Source of the DNA: an uncultured delta proteobacterium
GTDB lineage: Bacteria; Desulfobacterota; Binatia; UBA9968
Length of the DNA: 64,000 nucleotides
Direction: 5' to 3'
Assembly: GCA_963727625.1 (NCBI GenBank)
Contig: CAVSHR010000008.1
Location: 320,001 to 384,000, forward strand
Shown: positions 21,341 to 39,777 of the stretch, one piece after another
Position numbering within the stretch: the stretch's first letter is position 1
Layout of the letters: each line of letters opens with the position of its first letter
Translations under genes and position numbers: made by a program
The notes under the pieces: model-generated
Told to the model about the DNA's origin: nothing
The model's input: only the letters and a program-made list of their open reading frames with translations
The model's database searches: none

Positions 21341-21358
21341 TTTGGCGGGTTCTCCGTT

Positions 21359-21889
21359 ATGGCGAAACAGTGGTACATCGTTCACACCTTTTCGGGCTTT
21401 GAGCAGAAGGCCAAGGCCGCGCTCGAAGAGCGGGTCAAGGCGTTCGGCAAGCAGGATTTATTCGGCGAGATCCTCGTTCCGGTGGAAAAGGTCGTGGAGC
21501 TGGTCAAGGGCAAGAAAAAGACTTCTTCGCGGAAATTTTTTCCCGGTTATATTCTCGTTCAGATGGAGCTGAACGATGACACTTGGCACGTGGTCAAGGA
21601 AACTCCGAAGATCACCGGCTTTGTTGGAGGAAGCACCAATCCGCCCCCGGTGAGCGACGAGGAAGTCCGCGCGATCACTCAGCAGATGGAAGAGGGGGCG
21701 ATCAAGCCCAAGCCTCGGGTGTTGTTCTCCGTGGGTGAAAACGTGAAGGTGATCGACGGTCCGTTCGCCGATTTCAACGGCGTTGTCGAAGAGGTTAAGC
21801 CGGACAAGGGTAAACTGAGGGTGTTGATCAGTATCTTTGGAAGAGCCACCCCGGTGGAACTGGAGTTCGTCCAAGTGGAACGCAACTAA
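21359..21889 (+). CDS. nusG: Transcription factor NusG
   Basis: WYIVHTFSG, FFPGYIL, KOW motif and IFGRATPVEL. Confidence 0.98.
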   Translation: MAKQWYIVHTFSGFEQKAKAALEERVKAFGKQDLFGEILVPVEKVVELVKGKKKTSSRKFFPGYILVQMELNDDTWHVVKETPKITGFVGGSTNPPPVSDEEVRAITQQMEEGAIKPKPRVLFSVGENVKVIDGPFADFNGVVEEVKPDKGKLRVLISIFGRATPVELEFVQVERN

Positions 21890-21908
21890 ACCGAAGGATT
21901 AGAAAGCA

Positions 21909-22334
21909 ATGGCGAAGAAAGTCATCGGCGAAATCAAGCTGCAAATTCCCGCTGGGCAAGCTAATCCGAGCCCGCCCGTGGGCCCGGCACTTGGGCAGCG
22001 CGGCGTCAACATCATGGAGTTTTGCAAAGCTTTTAACGCTTCGACTCAAGCTCAACAGGGCATGATCACTCCGGTGATCATCACAGTTTACGCTGACCGG
22101 TCGTTCACCTTTGTAACCAAGACGCCGCCCGCTTCGGTCTTGCTCAAGAAGGCCGCCGGGTTGGAGAAGGGCTCTTCCGAACCAGGAAAAAACAGAGCCG
22201 GCAAGGTTAGCCGCGCGCAGATCCGGCAGATTGCTGAGTTGAAACTAAGGGATCTAACCGCAAAGGACATCGCGGCGGCGGAAAGATCGGTGGAGGGCAC
22301 GGCGCGTAGCTTGGGTCTAGACGTCGAAGGCTAG
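21909..22334 (+). CDS. rplK: 50S ribosomal protein L11
   Basis: [13 protein letters not shown]. Confidence 0.98.
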   Translation: MAKKVIGEIKLQIPAGQANPSPPVGPALGQRGVNIMEFCKAFNASTQAQQGMITPVIITVYADRSFTFVTKTPPASVLLKKAAGLEKGSSEPGKNRAGKVSRAQIRQIAELKLRDLTAKDIAAAERSVEGTARSLGLDVEG

Positions 22335-22405
22335 ATAATTTGATTAATCGTTTTGAGCGGCTCTTTAGGGAAAACTTTAGTCGGCTCCTGCTTAGAGGAA
22401 AAACC

Positions 22406-23104
22406 ATGAGTGGAAAGAGTTATCGTGAAGCGTTAGCGAAAGTGGATCGTAATCAACGCTATCTATTGGAAGACAGTCTCCGTTTGGCCAAGCAAACGGC
22501 GCGCACTAAATTCGATGAAACCGTTGAGATGTCGATTCGTTTGGGCGTGGATCCACGCCAGGCTGATCAGAATATCCGCGGCACTGTGACCTTGCCCCAC
22601 GGCATGGGCAAAACTGTGCGTGTGCTCGCCTTTGCCAAGGGTGAGAAGGAAAAAGAGGCGCAGGATGCCGGCGCGGATTTCGTCGGTAGCGATGATCTGA
22701 TTAAGAAAATTACCGATGGCTGGCTGGATTTTGATAAAGCCGTTGCTACGCCCGACATGATGGCCGCGGTCGGCCGCATCGGGAAAATTTTGGGACCGCG
22801 CGGCCTCATGCCCAACCCCAAAACCGGAACCGTTAGCCCGGATATCGGCAAAGCGGTGAAGGAGATCAAAGCTGGAAAATTGGAGTTTCGGGTAGACAAG
22901 GCGGGAATTGTCCACGTGCCTGTGGGCAAGGCTTCGTTCGGCCCCGAGCAGTTGATCGATAACGCCAAAGCAGTTCTTATGTCAGTTTTGCGTGCCAAAC
23001 CCGCATCGGCCAAGGGCAACTATGTCAAAGGTGTAACCGTGGCGACCACCATGGGGCCGGGCATCAAGATTGATTTGGCGCAAATCCGTGCGATGGCCGC
23101 CTAA
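22406..23104 (+). CDS. rplA: 50S ribosomal protein L1
   Basis: KFDETVE and [14 protein letters not shown]; ATG 22406 after GAGG. Confidence 0.98.
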   Translation: MSGKSYREALAKVDRNQRYLLEDSLRLAKQTARTKFDETVEMSIRLGVDPRQADQNIRGTVTLPHGMGKTVRVLAFAKGEKEKEAQDAGADFVGSDDLIKKITDGWLDFDKAVATPDMMAAVGRIGKILGPRGLMPNPKTGTVSPDIGKAVKEIKAGKLEFRVDKAGIVHVPVGKASFGPEQLIDNAKAVLMSVLRAKPASAKGNYVKGVTVATTMGPGIKIDLAQIRAMAA

Positions 23105-23159
23105 AAAAACAAGCTTCAGCAATTTGGAATGACGCCCCATCGGCGTCCGGGAGAAGGGA

Positions 23160-23702
23160 ATGTCGGAATTGGAAGTTGTCCGTGCCAGTCACGGTGAGAA
23201 GGCCGAAACGGTCGCCGCCATCCATCAGCGTTTAAAGTCAGCCAAAATGGCGATCGTTACGGAATACCGTGGGCTAACGGTAGCGCAGATGACTCGCTTG
23301 CGCCGGGAAATCCGCGACGTGTCGGGCGAGTATCAAGTGATAAAAAACACCTTGGTGCGCCGGGCGCTGCAAGACACCGCGTTCGGTGATCTGGAGAAGT
23401 TGCTCGAAGGACCGAACGGCTGGGTGTTCGCCTATGACGATCCAGTTGTGCTGTCGAAAGCGCTGATTAAATTCGCCAACGATAACGACAAGCTCGCGAT
23501 CAAGGGCGGTGTGTTTGAGGGAAGCTTCATGGACACTGCCGGTGTCAAGGTTTTGTCCCAGATGCCGAGCAAGCCCGAACTCCAGGCTAAACTGTTGGCG
23601 ACGATCAACGCGCCGGCTACACAGCTCGCACGTCTGATTCAGGAGCCCGGCGCACGGGTGGTGCGATTGCTCGAGTCTTTGCGGAAAACTAAATCTGAAT
23701 AG
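23160..23702 (+). CDS. rplJ: 50S ribosomal protein L10
   Basis: YRGLTVAQMT.LR and VIKNTL; position in operon. Confidence 0.96.
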   Translation: MSELEVVRASHGEKAETVAAIHQRLKSAKMAIVTEYRGLTVAQMTRLRREIRDVSGEYQVIKNTLVRRALQDTAFGDLEKLLEGPNGWVFAYDDPVVLSKALIKFANDNDKLAIKGGVFEGSFMDTAGVKVLSQMPSKPELQAKLLATINAPATQLARLIQEPGARVVRLLESLRKTKSE

Positions 23703-23744
23703 ATTAAAAAGTTTGGCAGAAATTAGTAAAGGGGGAAGGTTTTT

Positions 23745-24122
23745 ATGGAAGGCGTATCGAAAGAGCAAGTAAAGGATTTCATCAAGAACATGAGCTTGAT
23801 GGACGCGGCCGCGCTGGTGAAGGAGCTTGAGGAAGAGTTGGGCGTGAGCGCGGCGGCGCCGGTTGCAGTCGCCGCGGCGACTGCGGGTCCGGCGGTGGCG
23901 GTGGAAGAGAAGACCGAATTCGATGTTATTCTGACCGAAGCTGGCGAGAAAAAGATTCAGGTCATTAAGGTCGTGCGTGAGCTGACCGGCCTGGGATTGA
24001 AAGAAGCTAAGGATCTCGTCGATGGCGCGCCGAAGGCGGTGAAGGAAGCGGTGCCGAAGGCCGAGGCGGAGACGATCAAGAAGAAACTTGAAGAGCAAGG
24101 CGCGAAGGTCGAAATCAAGTAG
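23745..24122 (+). CDS. rplL: 50S ribosomal protein L7/L12
   Basis: EEKTEFDV and [11 protein letters not shown]. Confidence 0.98.
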   Translation: MEGVSKEQVKDFIKNMSLMDAAALVKELEEELGVSAAAPVAVAAATAGPAVAVEEKTEFDVILTEAGEKKIQVIKVVRELTGLGLKEAKDLVDGAPKAVKEAVPKAEAETIKKKLEEQGAKVEIK

Positions 24123-24192
24123 GTCGAGGACGGTGGTGAGTGGCTGCGGGTTTTGATGGATTGTTGACCGGAAGTTCGACAGGGGAGTACGC

Positions 24193-27100
24193 ATGGCGTT
24201 TCAAGTTGCCAATAATTTAAGATTTCGGCGCAGTTTCGGGAGGATCAGAAAGATTATCGATCTTCCCTACCTAATTGAAATCCAAAAGAACTCTTATGAC
24301 CTGTTTCTGCAAAAGGACGCGGCTCCGACAGAACGTCAGAACATGGGTTTGCAGGAAGTCTTTAGGTCGGTTTTCCCCATCAAGGATTTTAACGAAACCT
24401 CGTCCTTGGAATTTGTCAGTTATTCTCTCGGTGAACCCAAGTACGATGTCGATGAGTGTCATCAACGCGGTATGACCTATGCGGCGCCTCTCAAGGTGAC
24501 CGTGCAGCTCGTGCTCTGGGACGTCGATCCGCATACCGGGTCGCGCAGCATCAAGAACGTCAAGGAGCAGGAGGTCTATTTCGGCGAAATTCCGCTCATG
24601 ACAACCAACGGAACCTTCATGGTCAACGGGACTGAGCGTGTCATCGTCAGCCAATTACACCGCTCCCCCGGAGTGTTCTTCGAGCATGACAAGGGAAAAA
24701 CTCACGCCAGCGGCAAACTGCTCTATTCGGCGCGGGTGATTCCATACCGCGGCTCTTGGGTGGATCTTGAATTCGACCCGCGTGACATTCTCTACGTGCG
24801 CATCGACCGGCGGCGCAAATTTCACGCTACCGTGCTACTGCGCGCGCTCGGCATGACTACGGAAGATCTGCTCAACTATTATTACAAGAGCGACACGATT
24901 GTGTTCGATGGCCGCAAGCCGTCCCTGGTTTTCAATCCCGGTCAGCTTATGGGCGCGAAAGTCAGTGCGGACGTGCGCGACCCGAAAACCAACGATATCA
25001 TCGTCAAGGAAGGCAAGAAATTCACTCGGCCGATTTTGCGCCAGATGGAAGCGGCCAGGGTGAAGCAGGTGCCGATCGCCTGGGAAGACATTTCAGGGCG
25101 AGTGGCGGCCCATGATGTTCTCGATCCGCAGACCAAGGAAGTGCTCGTTGAGTGCAATCAGGAACTGACTCAGGACAAGCTCGATTTGATCCGTGAAAAA
25201 GGCATTCACCAAATCGAGGTGCTGTTCATCGACGAATCCAGTGTCGGCCCCTACTTGCGTAACACTCTGCTCCAAGACCGGATTCGTGCCCCCCAGGATG
25301 CGATCTTGGAAATTTACCGGCGCTTGCGGCCGGGCGACCCGCCCACCGTCGATTCGGCGACAAACTTTTTTAACAATTTGTTTTTCAACCCGGATCGCTA
25401 CGATCTCTCCAAGGTCGGCCGGCTTAAGCTCAATCACAGGCTCAAGCTTTCGGTGCCGCTCGAGCAGGGAACTTTGCGCAAGGAGGATATTCTCGAGGTC
25501 GTGCGCTATTTGATGGAGCTCAAAAGCGGAAATGGGTCGGTGGATGATATCGATCATCTCGGTAACCGCCGAGTGCGCGCCGTCGGCGAACTAGTGGAAA
25601 ATCATTTCCGTGTCGGCCTGGTGCGCATGGAGCGGGCGATCAAGGAAAAAATGAGCCTGCAGGACATCGAAACTTTGATGCCGCAGGAGCTGATCAATTA
25701 TAAACCGGTCTCCGCGGCGCTCAAGGAGTTTTTCGGTTCTAGCCAACTTTCACAGTTCATGGACCAGACCAACCCGCTTTCGGAAATCACCCATAAGCGC
25801 CGCTTATCAGCTCTCGGCCCTGGCGGTTTGACCCGGGAGCGCGCCGGCTTTGAGGTCCGCGACGTGCATCCGACGCATTACGGCCGGGTCTGCCCGATCG
25901 AGACCCCCGAAGGTCCGAATATCGGTTTGATCGCCTCGCTGACCACCTACGCGCGGGTCAATGATTTCGGTTTTATCGAGACGCCTTACCGTGAAGTGGA
26001 AAATGGCCGGGTGACGGATCGCATCCGTTATCTTTCCGCTCTAGAAGAGGAGGACCATGTCATCGCCCAGGCCAACGCGCCGATCGACGGCCGCGGCAAC
26101 TTCACACTTGATTTAATTTCGGCGCGCAAAGGTGGCGAGTTCGTCATGGCTCGTCCGGAAGAAGTTAATTTCATGGACGTGTCGCCGAACCAGTTGGTGA
26201 GCGTGGCCGCCTCGTTGATTCCCTTCTTGGAAAACGATGACGCGAACCGTGCGCTGATGGGCTCGAACATGCAGCGCCAGGCGGTACCTTTGCTCAGAAC
26301 CGAAGCGCCGTTCGTTGGCACCGGAATGGAAAAAACTGTGGCGCGGGATTCCGGCGTCACCATCGTTGCGCGACGCGACGGCGTGGTGGAAAGCGTGGAT
26401 TCTGCGCGCATCGTTATCAAGGCCGACAAAACATCCGGTGCGCGCGACACCGGCGTCGATATCTATAATTTGATTAAATATCAACGGTCGAACCAAAATA
26501 CCTGCATCAATCAGCGCCCGATCGTCGTGGTTGGCGATCAAGTAAAGGCCGGCGAAATCATTGCCGATGGTCCATCCACCGAAATGGGCGAACTTGCTCT
26601 GGGGCGCAACGTCGTGGTCGCTCTGATGCCCTGGGGTGGTTATAATTTCGAAGATTCGATTCTGATCAGCGAGCGGGTCGTGAAGGAGGATATTTATACC
26701 TCGATTCACATCGAAGAGTTCGAGTGCGTTTCGCGCGACACCAAGCTCGGCCCCGAGGAGATCACCCGCGATATTCCCAACGTCGGCGACGAAGCGCTAA
26801 CTGATCTCGATGAGAGCGGCATCATCCGTATCGGCGGCGAAGTCAAGCCCGGCGATATTCTCGTCGGCAAAATTACGCCCAAGGGCGAAACGCAATTGTC
26901 GCCGGAAGAGAAACTCCTGCGGGCGATCTTCGGCGAGAAAGCGGGTGAAGTGCGCGATACTTCGCTGCGGGTTCCGCCCGGCGTCGAGGGCACGGTCATC
27001 AACGTGCGGATTTTTTCTCGCAAGGGCTTGGGCAAGGACGATCGCAGCCGAACGATCGAAGAGGAAGAGATTGTCCGGCTCAGAAAAGATCAGCACGACG

Positions 27101-28296
27101 AGATCCGCATTTTACAGGATGGCGCGCTCAGGCGTTTAAAGAAGCTTTTGACGAGCCGCAGGTTGGCGGGCCGGATCACCGACGACAGCCGGAAGGTCTT
27201 ACTCAATAAGGGCCAAGAGTTGACCGAAGAAGACCTCGATCAGCTGCCGATGGCTTATTGGAGCGAAATTCGCGTTGATAATGAATCGGTGGAAAACGAG
27301 CTCGGCCGCATCATTGAGAGCACGACGAGCCAGGTTAGCCAGATTAAGCGTAGTTTCGAAGACAAGATCGAAAAACTCAAAGGCGGCGATGAGCTGCCGC
27401 CCGGCGTAATCAAGATGGTCAAAGTTTTTGTCGCGATCAAGCGCAAGCTGCAGGTCGGCGACAAGATGGCCGGGCGCCATGGCAACAAAGGCGTCATCTC
27501 GCGAATTCTTCCGGAAGAAGACATGCCTTATTTAGAGGATGGCTCACCGGTGGACGTGGTTCTCAATCCCCTTGGCGTGCCCTCGCGAATGAACGTCGGC
27601 CAGATTTTAGAAGCGCATCTTGGTTGGGCCGCGCGCAGCCTCGGTCAGCAAATTGATGAGATGTTGCGCACTCAAGCCGGCGACGGTGACGCTCTGCGGC
27701 GCCGCTTGAAAGAATATCTCAGCACTCGCGAAGCTAACGAATTGATCGATGGAGCCAAGGAGGCTGAAATCGTAAAACTCGCCGAGAAGTACCGCGAAGG
27801 CGTTCATATCGCGTCGCCGGTGTTCGACGGCGCCGCGGAAGAGGAGATTTTCAATCTATTCAAAAAAGCCGGATTGCCAGTCACAGGACAGGTGACTCTC
27901 TACGACGGGCAAACCGGTGAACCTTTCGACAGCAAGGTTACCGTGGGCGTCATGTACATCATGAAGCTGCATCACTTGGTCGATGACAAGATTCACGCAC
28001 GCTCGACGGGTCCTTATTCGTTGGTTACCCAGCAACCGCTTGGCGGTAAGGCGCAATTCGGCGGCCAGCGCTTGGGTGAAATGGAAGTTTGGGCCCTGGA
28101 AGCCTACGGCGCCGCTTACACGCTCCAGGAAATGCTTACTGTCAAATCCGACGACGTCGTCGGCAGAACGCGTATGTACGAGGCCATCGTCAAAGGGGAC
28201 AATTTGCTCGAGCCGGGTTTGCCGGAGTCCTTTAACGTTATGGTCAAAGAACTTCAGAGCCTGGGCCTGGATGTGGAGCTAGTCGAGGAAAAATAG
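24193..28296 (+). CDS. rpoB: RNA polymerase beta subunit
   Basis: [25 protein letters not shown] and GGQRLGEME. Confidence 0.99.
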   Translation: MAFQVANNLRFRRSFGRIRKIIDLPYLIEIQKNSYDLFLQKDAAPTERQNMGLQEVFRSVFPIKDFNETSSLEFVSYSLGEPKYDVDECHQRGMTYAAPLKVTVQLVLWDVDPHTGSRSIKNVKEQEVYFGEIPLMTTNGTFMVNGTERVIVSQLHRSPGVFFEHDKGKTHASGKLLYSARVIPYRGSWVDLEFDPRDILYVRIDRRRKFHATVLLRALGMTTEDLLNYYYKSDTIVFDGRKPSLVFNPGQLMGAKVSADVRDPKTNDIIVKEGKKFTRPILRQMEAARVKQVPIAWEDISGRVAAHDVLDPQTKEVLVECNQELTQDKLDLIREKGIHQIEVLFIDESSVGPYLRNTLLQDRIRAPQDAILEIYRRLRPGDPPTVDSATNFFNNLFFNPDRYDLSKVGRLKLNHRLKLSVPLEQGTLRKEDILEVVRYLMELKSGNGSVDDIDHLGNRRVRAVGELVENHFRVGLVRMERAIKEKMSLQDIETLMPQELINYKPVSAALKEFFGSSQLSQFMDQTNPLSEITHKRRLSALGPGGLTRERAGFEVRDVHPTHYGRVCPIETPEGPNIGLIASLTTYARVNDFGFIETPYREVENGRVTDRIRYLSALEEEDHVIAQANAPIDGRGNFTLDLISARKGGEFVMARPEEVNFMDVSPNQLVSVAASLIPFLENDDANRALMGSNMQRQAVPLLRTEAPFVGTGMEKTVARDSGVTIVARRDGVVESVDSARIVIKADKTSGARDTGVDIYNLIKYQRSNQNTCINQRPIVVVGDQVKAGEIIADGPSTEMGELALGRNVVVALMPWGGYNFEDSILISERVVKEDIYTSIHIEEFECVSRDTKLGPEEITRDIPNVGDEALTDLDESGIIRIGGEVKPGDILVGKITPKGETQLSPEEKLLRAIFGEKAGEVRDTSLRVPPGVEGTVINVRIFSRKGLGKDDRSRTIEEEEIVRLRKDQHDEIRILQDGALRRLKKLLTSRRLAGRITDDSRKVLLNKGQELTEEDLDQLPMAYWSEIRVDNESVENELGRIIESTTSQVSQIKRSFEDKIEKLKGGDELPPGVIKMVKVFVAIKRKLQVGDKMAGRHGNKGVISRILPEEDMPYLEDGSPVDVVLNPLGVPSRMNVGQILEAHLGWAARSLGQQIDEMLRTQAGDGDALRRRLKEYLSTREANELIDGAKEAEIVKLAEKYREGVHIASPVFDGAAEEEIFNLFKKAGLPVTGQVTLYDGQTGEPFDSKVTVGVMYIMKLHHLVDDKIHARSTGPYSLVTQQPLGGKAQFGGQRLGEMEVWALEAYGAAYTLQEMLTVKSDDVVGRTRMYEAIVKGDNLLEPGLPESFNVMVKELQSLGLDVELVEEK

Positions 28297-28341
28297 CTGG
28301 GCCAAGATGGGTTGTGCCGCTCAAACCGGAGGTGGTGCGTT

Positions 28342-32469
<4,128 letters not shown>

Positions 32470-32563
32470 CTTTGACAATGTTAATATATTTTGTTAATAA
32501 CAGGATTTCCCCGGGAGTTTGAGCTGATAGCTGCTCCCTAAATCCAACTGCAAACGAGAATTT

Positions 32564-32935
32564 ATGCCGACGATCAGTCAATTAGTGCGCGAAAGCCGCG
32601 AAAAGCAACGACGTAAGAATACCGCACCGGCCCTACAGTCCTGTCCGCAGAAACGCGGCGTCTGTACGCGTGTTTACACATCGACACCCAAGAAACCAAA
32701 CTCAGCTTTGCGGAAAGTCGCGCGCGTGCGGTTGACCAATGGGATCGAGGTTACTTCATATATCCCGGGGGTAGGGCATAACTTACAAGAACACTCCGTG
32801 GTCTTGATTCGCGGGGGGCGTGTCAAGGACCTGCCTGGGGTACGCTATCACATCGTTCGTGGAACACTGGATTCAATCGGTGTTCAAGAAAGGCGTCAGG
32901 GCCGTTCCAAGTACGGCGCCAAAAGACCGAAGTAG
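32564..32935 (+). CDS. rpsL: 30S ribosomal protein S12
   Basis: [10 protein letters not shown] and RVKDLPG. Confidence 0.99.
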   Translation: MPTISQLVRESREKQRRKNTAPALQSCPQKRGVCTRVYTSTPKKPNSALRKVARVRLTNGIEVTSYIPGVGHNLQEHSVVLIRGGRVKDLPGVRYHIVRGTLDSIGVQERRQGRSKYGAKRPK

Positions 32936-32941
32936 GGATTT

Positions 32942-33412
32942 ATGCCACGCAAAGGTGAAGTAAGGAAGCGCGAAATTTTACCGGATCCCAAGTACGGAGA
33001 TAAGGTGGTGGCCCGGTTCGTCAATACGATCATGGGCCGCGGCAAGAAAAGCGTTGCGGAATCCATTTTCTATCGCTCACTGGACATCGTCGCGGCGAAG
33101 ACTAAGGAGGAATCTCTCGGCGTATTCAAGCGCGCCATCGAAAATTCCCGGCCTACCGTCGAGGTCCGGTCCCGTCGCGTCGGCGGCGCGACCTACCAGG
33201 TGCCGGTGGAAGTGCGGCCGCAGCGACGGCTATCGCTGAGCATGCGTTGGCTTATCGACGCGGCGCGCGCCCGAGCCGAGAAGTCGATGGAAGAGAAATT
33301 GGCAGCAGAATTGATCGACGCCGCCAATAATCGCGGCACGGCGATTAAAAAGAAGGAAGATACGCATCGGATGGCGGAGGCCAATCGGGCCTTCGCGCAT
33401 TACCGTTGGTAG
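32942..33412 (+). CDS. rpsG: 30S ribosomal protein S7
   Basis: [11 protein letters not shown] and AFAHYRW. Confidence 0.99.
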   Translation: MPRKGEVRKREILPDPKYGDKVVARFVNTIMGRGKKSVAESIFYRSLDIVAAKTKEESLGVFKRAIENSRPTVEVRSRRVGGATYQVPVEVRPQRRLSLSMRWLIDAARARAEKSMEEKLAAELIDAANNRGTAIKKKEDTHRMAEANRAFAHYRW

Positions 33413-33438
33413 CCTAACGACGAAAATTATGTCGAGTG

Positions 33439-33468
33439 AAGGAGGCGGTTGACCCGCCTCCTTTTTTT
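33439..33468 (+). terminator. Intrinsic terminator-like hairpin between rpsG and fusA
   Basis: AAGGAGGCGG-TTGAC-CCGCCTCC followed by T7. Confidence 0.7.
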
Positions 33469-33482
33469 CCACGTAAAGAGAA

Positions 33483-35575
<2,093 letters not shown>

Positions 35576-35579
<4 letters not shown>

Positions 35580-35884
35580 ACGAGAAAATTAGGATTCGGC
35601 TGAAAGCCTATGACCATCGCGTGCTGGATCAGTCGGTGGGTGAGATTGTCGAGACCGTCAGACGCACGGGAGGCCGAGTGGCAGGTCCCATTCCGCTGCC
35701 TACTCGGATCGAGCGATTTACCGTGAACCGCTCGCCCCACGTCGATAAGAAATCCCGGGATCAGTACGAGATTCGTACTCACAAACGGCTTCTCGATATT
35801 CTTGAACCGACGCAACAGACCATCGACGCGCTGGGCAAGCTCGATATCGCGGCCGGCGTCGATGTCGAAATCAAATTGCAGTAA
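35576..35884 (+). CDS. rpsJ: 30S ribosomal protein S10
   Basis: [10 protein letters not shown] and GPIPLPT; ATGA overlap with fusA. Confidence 0.99.
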
Positions 35885-35931
35885 CCGATGAACAAACGGG
35901 GCCGTCAAGGCGCGCCAGCTGGAATGCGAAT

Positions 35932-36564
35932 ATGACAGGATTGATTGGAAGAAAAGTCGGCATGACGCAATTCTACAATGCCGAGGGCAACGTAATACCC
36001 GTTACGGTGGTTGAGACGGGTCCCTGCGTCGTGGTGCAAAAAAAACAGAGCGATACAGACGGCTATAGCGCGCTCCAGGTCGGCTTTGGCAGCAAAAAAG
36101 CGCAACGCGTGAATAAGCCTGGCCAGGGGCATATGGCAAAGGCGGGCAAGGGCGCCTTCGAGGTGTTGAAGGAGTTTCGTGTCGACGATGTGTCGCCCTA
36201 TGAAGTCGGCCAGGAGATCAAGGCCGGTGACCTGTTTAAAGTAGGCGACCGTATCGACGTATCGGGCATCTCGAAGGGGCACGGATTCGCCGGTGTGATC
36301 AAACGCTGGTCATTCGCGGGTTTTCCGGGTTCTCACGGTACCCATGAGTATTTTCGTCACGGCGGTTCGATCGGTAACCGATCTTATCCGGGACGGGTGC
36401 GCAAGGGAAAAAAGATGGCTGGCCATTGGGGTAATGAAAATGTATCCACCCAGAATTTGGAAGTGGTCGAGGTTCGCGCCGAGCAAAACCTGTTGTTGGT
36501 GCGCGGCGCGGTACCGGGCGCGAAGCGCGGTTTGGTGATCTTGCGGTCGGCGGTGAAAAGGTAA
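35932..36564 (+). CDS. rplC: 50S ribosomal protein L3
   Basis: GRKVGMTQ and SKGHGFAG. Confidence 0.98.
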   Translation: MTGLIGRKVGMTQFYNAEGNVIPVTVVETGPCVVVQKKQSDTDGYSALQVGFGSKKAQRVNKPGQGHMAKAGKGAFEVLKEFRVDDVSPYEVGQEIKAGDLFKVGDRIDVSGISKGHGFAGVIKRWSFAGFPGSHGTHEYFRHGGSIGNRSYPGRVRKGKKMAGHWGNENVSTQNLEVVEVRAEQNLLLVRGAVPGAKRGLVILRSAVKR

Positions 36565-36569
36565 GCACC

Positions 36570-37166
36570 ATGGAAGTTCATGTTATTCAGCCAAAACTCA
36601 ACGAAGTAATCTTCGGCGCCAAGACCCGCTCCCATCTGCTTCATCAAGCGGTGGTCATGCAGCTCGCCAACCGGCGCGCCGGCAGCGCCGCCACTAAATC
36701 CAAGGGATTTGTCAGAGGCGGCGGCAAGAAACCGTGGCGGCAAAAAGGCACGGGGAGGGCGCGTGCGGGCAGCAGTCGCTCGCCGATCTGGGTCGGCGGC
36801 GGCACGACTTTCGGGCCGCAGCCACGCGATTATTCTTACCGCATGCCGCGGACGGCCCGACGCGAGGCGCTGCTCTCGGCGCTCAGTCTTAAAAATCGCG
36901 AGGGCAAGTTGATTGTCGTGGATAAATTGGAACTTGACGAGGCTAAAACGAAGCGGATGGTGCAGGCTTTGGAGAAATTAAAAGTTGAGAGCGCGGTCAT
37001 CGTCATTGCTCAGCCGGATGCGAAGATCGCGCGTTCGGCGCGCAATTTGCCCAAGGTCAAGGTGCTGCGCGTCGAGGGCTTGAATGTGTACGATCTTTTG
37101 CGCTATGAGCACTTGATTCTCACCGAAGCGGCGCTGCAGCGATTGGAAGAAAGGTTGGCGGCATGA
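36570..37166 (+). CDS. rplD: 50S ribosomal protein L4
   Basis: KPWRQKGTGRARAGS. Confidence 0.98.
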   Translation: MEVHVIQPKLNEVIFGAKTRSHLLHQAVVMQLANRRAGSAATKSKGFVRGGGKKPWRQKGTGRARAGSSRSPIWVGGGTTFGPQPRDYSYRMPRTARREALLSALSLKNREGKLIVVDKLELDEAKTKRMVQALEKLKVESAVIVIAQPDAKIARSARNLPKVKVLRVEGLNVYDLLRYEHLILTEAALQRLEERLAA

Positions 37167-37453
37167 AAAGCTACCATGAGGTGATTAAGGCCCCGTTAAT
37201 CTCGGAAAAGGGCACGCTCCTCACCGAGACAGCCAATCAAGTGTTGTTTAAGGTTCGCACTGGTGCCAACAAGATCGAAGTGAAAAACGCAGTCGAGGCG
37301 CTTTTCAAGGTGAAGGTAGAACAGGTGCGCATGGCGCGCTATCTCGGCAAGATGCGCCGTATCGGCAAAAGCATGGGGCGGCGTTCGGATTGGAAAAAGG
37401 CGTACGTCACGCTCAAAGAAGGCGACAAGATCGATTTCTTCGGCGGCGCATAA
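37163..37453 (+). CDS. rplW: 50S ribosomal protein L23
   Basis: PLISEK, ANKIEVK and WKKAYVTL. Confidence 0.98.
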   Translation: MKSYHEVIKAPLISEKGTLLTETANQVLFKVRTGANKIEVKNAVEALFKVKVEQVRMARYLGKMRRIGKSMGRRSDWKKAYVTLKEGDKIDFFGGA

Positions 37454-37477
37454 AGAGAGACAAGGCGAGAATCGTAA

Positions 37478-38305
37478 ATGGCAATCAAGACCTATCGGCC
37501 GACCTCGGCGGGAATGCGCTTTCGCACCGGGCTCGGTTTTGACGAACTGACCAAGACGCGTCCAGAAAAGGGGCTGCGCGAGCGGCTCAATCAGAGCGGC
37601 GGCCGCAACAACACCGGCAGGGTTACTGCGGACCATCGCGGCGGTGGTCATAAGCGGCTTTACCGTTTGATCGATTTCAAGCGTAACAAGCGCAATGTGC
37701 CGGCGAAAGTGGAAGCGATCGAATATGATCCAAACCGTACGGCACGCATCGCGCTGCTTTGCTATGCCGATGGGGAGCGCCGTTATATTCTCGCGCCCGA
37801 GCGCTTGCAGGTCGGCGCGACAGTGATCTCGGGCGACGATAACGTCGATATTCAGCCGGGTAATTCTATGCCGCTCAAATGGATTCCCGTGGGTACCGTG
37901 GTTCATAATATCGAGCTTAAGATCGGCAAAGGCGGGCAACTGGTGCGGAGCGCCGGCTTAGGCGCCCAATTGATGGCGAAGGAAGGCACCTATGCGTTGC
38001 TGAAGCTCCCATCCGGCGAATTGCGTTACGTGCTGTCCGAGTGTCGTGCGACGGTGGGTCAAGTCGGAAACGCTGACCAGGAGAACGTATCATGGGGCAA
38101 GGCCGGTAGGATGCGCTGGTTGGGTTTTCGGCCGACGACTCGCGGCATCGCCAAGAATCCGGTAGACCATCCCCATGGCGGCGGCGAAGGACGCTCGAAA
38201 GGCAATCACCCGATGACTCCATGGGGCAAACCGACCAAGGGCTACAAGACCAGAAAAAACCATTCGTCCGACAAATATATCGTGCAGCGGAGAAAAGGTA
38301 GATAG
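37478..38305 (+). CDS. rplB: 50S ribosomal protein L2
   Basis: EYDPNRTA and [12 protein letters not shown]. Confidence 0.99.
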   Translation: MAIKTYRPTSAGMRFRTGLGFDELTKTRPEKGLRERLNQSGGRNNTGRVTADHRGGGHKRLYRLIDFKRNKRNVPAKVEAIEYDPNRTARIALLCYADGERRYILAPERLQVGATVISGDDNVDIQPGNSMPLKWIPVGTVVHNIELKIGKGGQLVRSAGLGAQLMAKEGTYALLKLPSGELRYVLSECRATVGQVGNADQENVSWGKAGRMRWLGFRPTTRGIAKNPVDHPHGGGEGRSKGNHPMTPWGKPTKGYKTRKNHSSDKYIVQRRKGR

Positions 38306-38307
38306 CG

Positions 38308-38637
38308 ATGGCACGTTCAGTTAAAAAAGGACCTTTTGTCGACCAGCATTTATTGAAAAAAGTCGCAGCGATGAGTGATTCGCGCCAGAGGCAGGTGATT
38401 CGCACCTGGTCGCGGCGCTCGACGGTCACTCCCGAAATGGTCGGCCATACCATCGGCGTTCATAACGGCAGAAAATTTATCCCGGTTTTCGTAAGTGAGA
38501 ATATGGTCGGTCACAAGCTTGGCGAGTTCTCGCCGACACGGACATTTTACGCTCATTCCGGCGACCGCAAGGCAGAGGCGAAGGAAACGACGGGCGCCGC
38601 AGCGGCGCCGCGACCGGCACCGGGAGCAAAGGCATAG
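38308..38637 (+). CDS. rpsS: 30S ribosomal protein S19 with an Ala/Pro-rich C-terminal tail
   Basis: [10 protein letters not shown] and [11 protein letters not shown]. Confidence 0.98.
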   Translation: MARSVKKGPFVDQHLLKKVAAMSDSRQRQVIRTWSRRSTVTPEMVGHTIGVHNGRKFIPVFVSENMVGHKLGEFSPTRTFYAHSGDRKAEAKETTGAAAAPRPAPGAKA

Positions 38638-38711
38638 GCGGCATCAGGCTAGCTCTAAAGCGATGCTTTGAGGGCGTCCAAAAAAGAGCTTGGATTCAGT
38701 TGGCGAGACTT

Positions 38712-39056
38712 ATGGAAGCAAGCGCAATCACGAAATTTGTCAGAGTGTCGCCGCGAAAGGTTCGGCTGGTGGTCGATCAAATTCGCGGTAAGGGTGTCGA
38801 GGACGCTTTGAACATCCTCAAGTTCATTCCCAAACGCTCGGCTGGAATCGTCGCTAAGACGGTGCGCACGGCGGTGGCGAACGCGGAGAACACCCAGAGC
38901 GTCGACGTCGATCGGCTGTTCATCAAGCGGGCGAAGGTGGACGAAGCCGGCATGTGGAAGCGCTTTACGTCACGTGCCCAAGGACGGGCCACGCGAGTAC
39001 GCAAACGGCTCAGCCATGTTACGATTGTCCTCGATGAAGCGCAGGAGAGGAGTTAG
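38712..39056 (+). CDS. rplV: 50S ribosomal protein L22
   Basis: RVSPRKVRLV and RAQGRA. Confidence 0.97.
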   Translation: MEASAITKFVRVSPRKVRLVVDQIRGKGVEDALNILKFIPKRSAGIVAKTVRTAVANAENTQSVDVDRLFIKRAKVDEAGMWKRFTSRAQGRATRVRKRLSHVTIVLDEAQERS

Positions 39057-39062
39057 TGCCTG

Positions 39063-39725
39063 ATGGGTCAGAAAACGCATCCGAAATTATTTCGTCTTGG
39101 CGTGATCGAGTCGTGGGACTCCAAGTGGTTCGCGCGTCACGACTACTCCAAGCTGCTCCACGAAGACTTTCGAGTGAAAAAGTTTTTGAAGAGCCGGCTT
39201 TATCATGCGGGAATCTCGCGCATTGAGATCGAACGGGCGGCCAACAAAGCGAAGATCAATATTCACACGGCGCGTCCGGGAATCGTGATCGGTAAAAAGG
39301 GCGCGGAGATCGAAAAACTCAAAGAGGAAATTACCAAACTGACTCATCGTGAAACGTACATCAATATTCATGAGGTCCGAAGACCAGATCTCGACGGTCA
39401 GCTCGTTGCGGAAAACGTCGCCTTGCAGCTGGAGCGTCGCGTCGCTTTTCGCCGGGCTATGAAGGAAAGCGTCTCGCGCGCTATGCGCATGGGCGCGCAG
39501 GGAGTAAGAATCCAATCGGCCGGTCGGTTGGGCGGTTCTGAAATCGCGCGCACGGAGTGGTACCGTGAAGGACGCGTGCCGCTGCACACACTCCGCGCCG
39601 ACATTAGTTATGGTTTCGCCGAAGCGCGCACCACTTACGGCGTGATCGGTGTCAAAGTCTGGATCTTTCGCGGCGAAGTTTTGACCGAGGAAGAAGAGCA
39701 GCAAAAGGCCATGTTGGGCGGATGA
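39063..39725 (+). CDS. rpsC: 30S ribosomal protein S3
   Basis: MGQKTHP and [10 protein letters not shown]. Confidence 0.99.
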   Translation: MGQKTHPKLFRLGVIESWDSKWFARHDYSKLLHEDFRVKKFLKSRLYHAGISRIEIERAANKAKINIHTARPGIVIGKKGAEIEKLKEEITKLTHRETYINIHEVRRPDLDGQLVAENVALQLERRVAFRRAMKESVSRAMRMGAQGVRIQSAGRLGGSEIARTEWYREGRVPLHTLRADISYGFAEARTTYGVIGVKVWIFRGEVLTEEEEQQKAMLGG

Positions 39726-39777
39726 CGAAAGCGATTTTAGGCGCGGTGTTTTAATAAACAGATTAAAGTAAGCAAAA

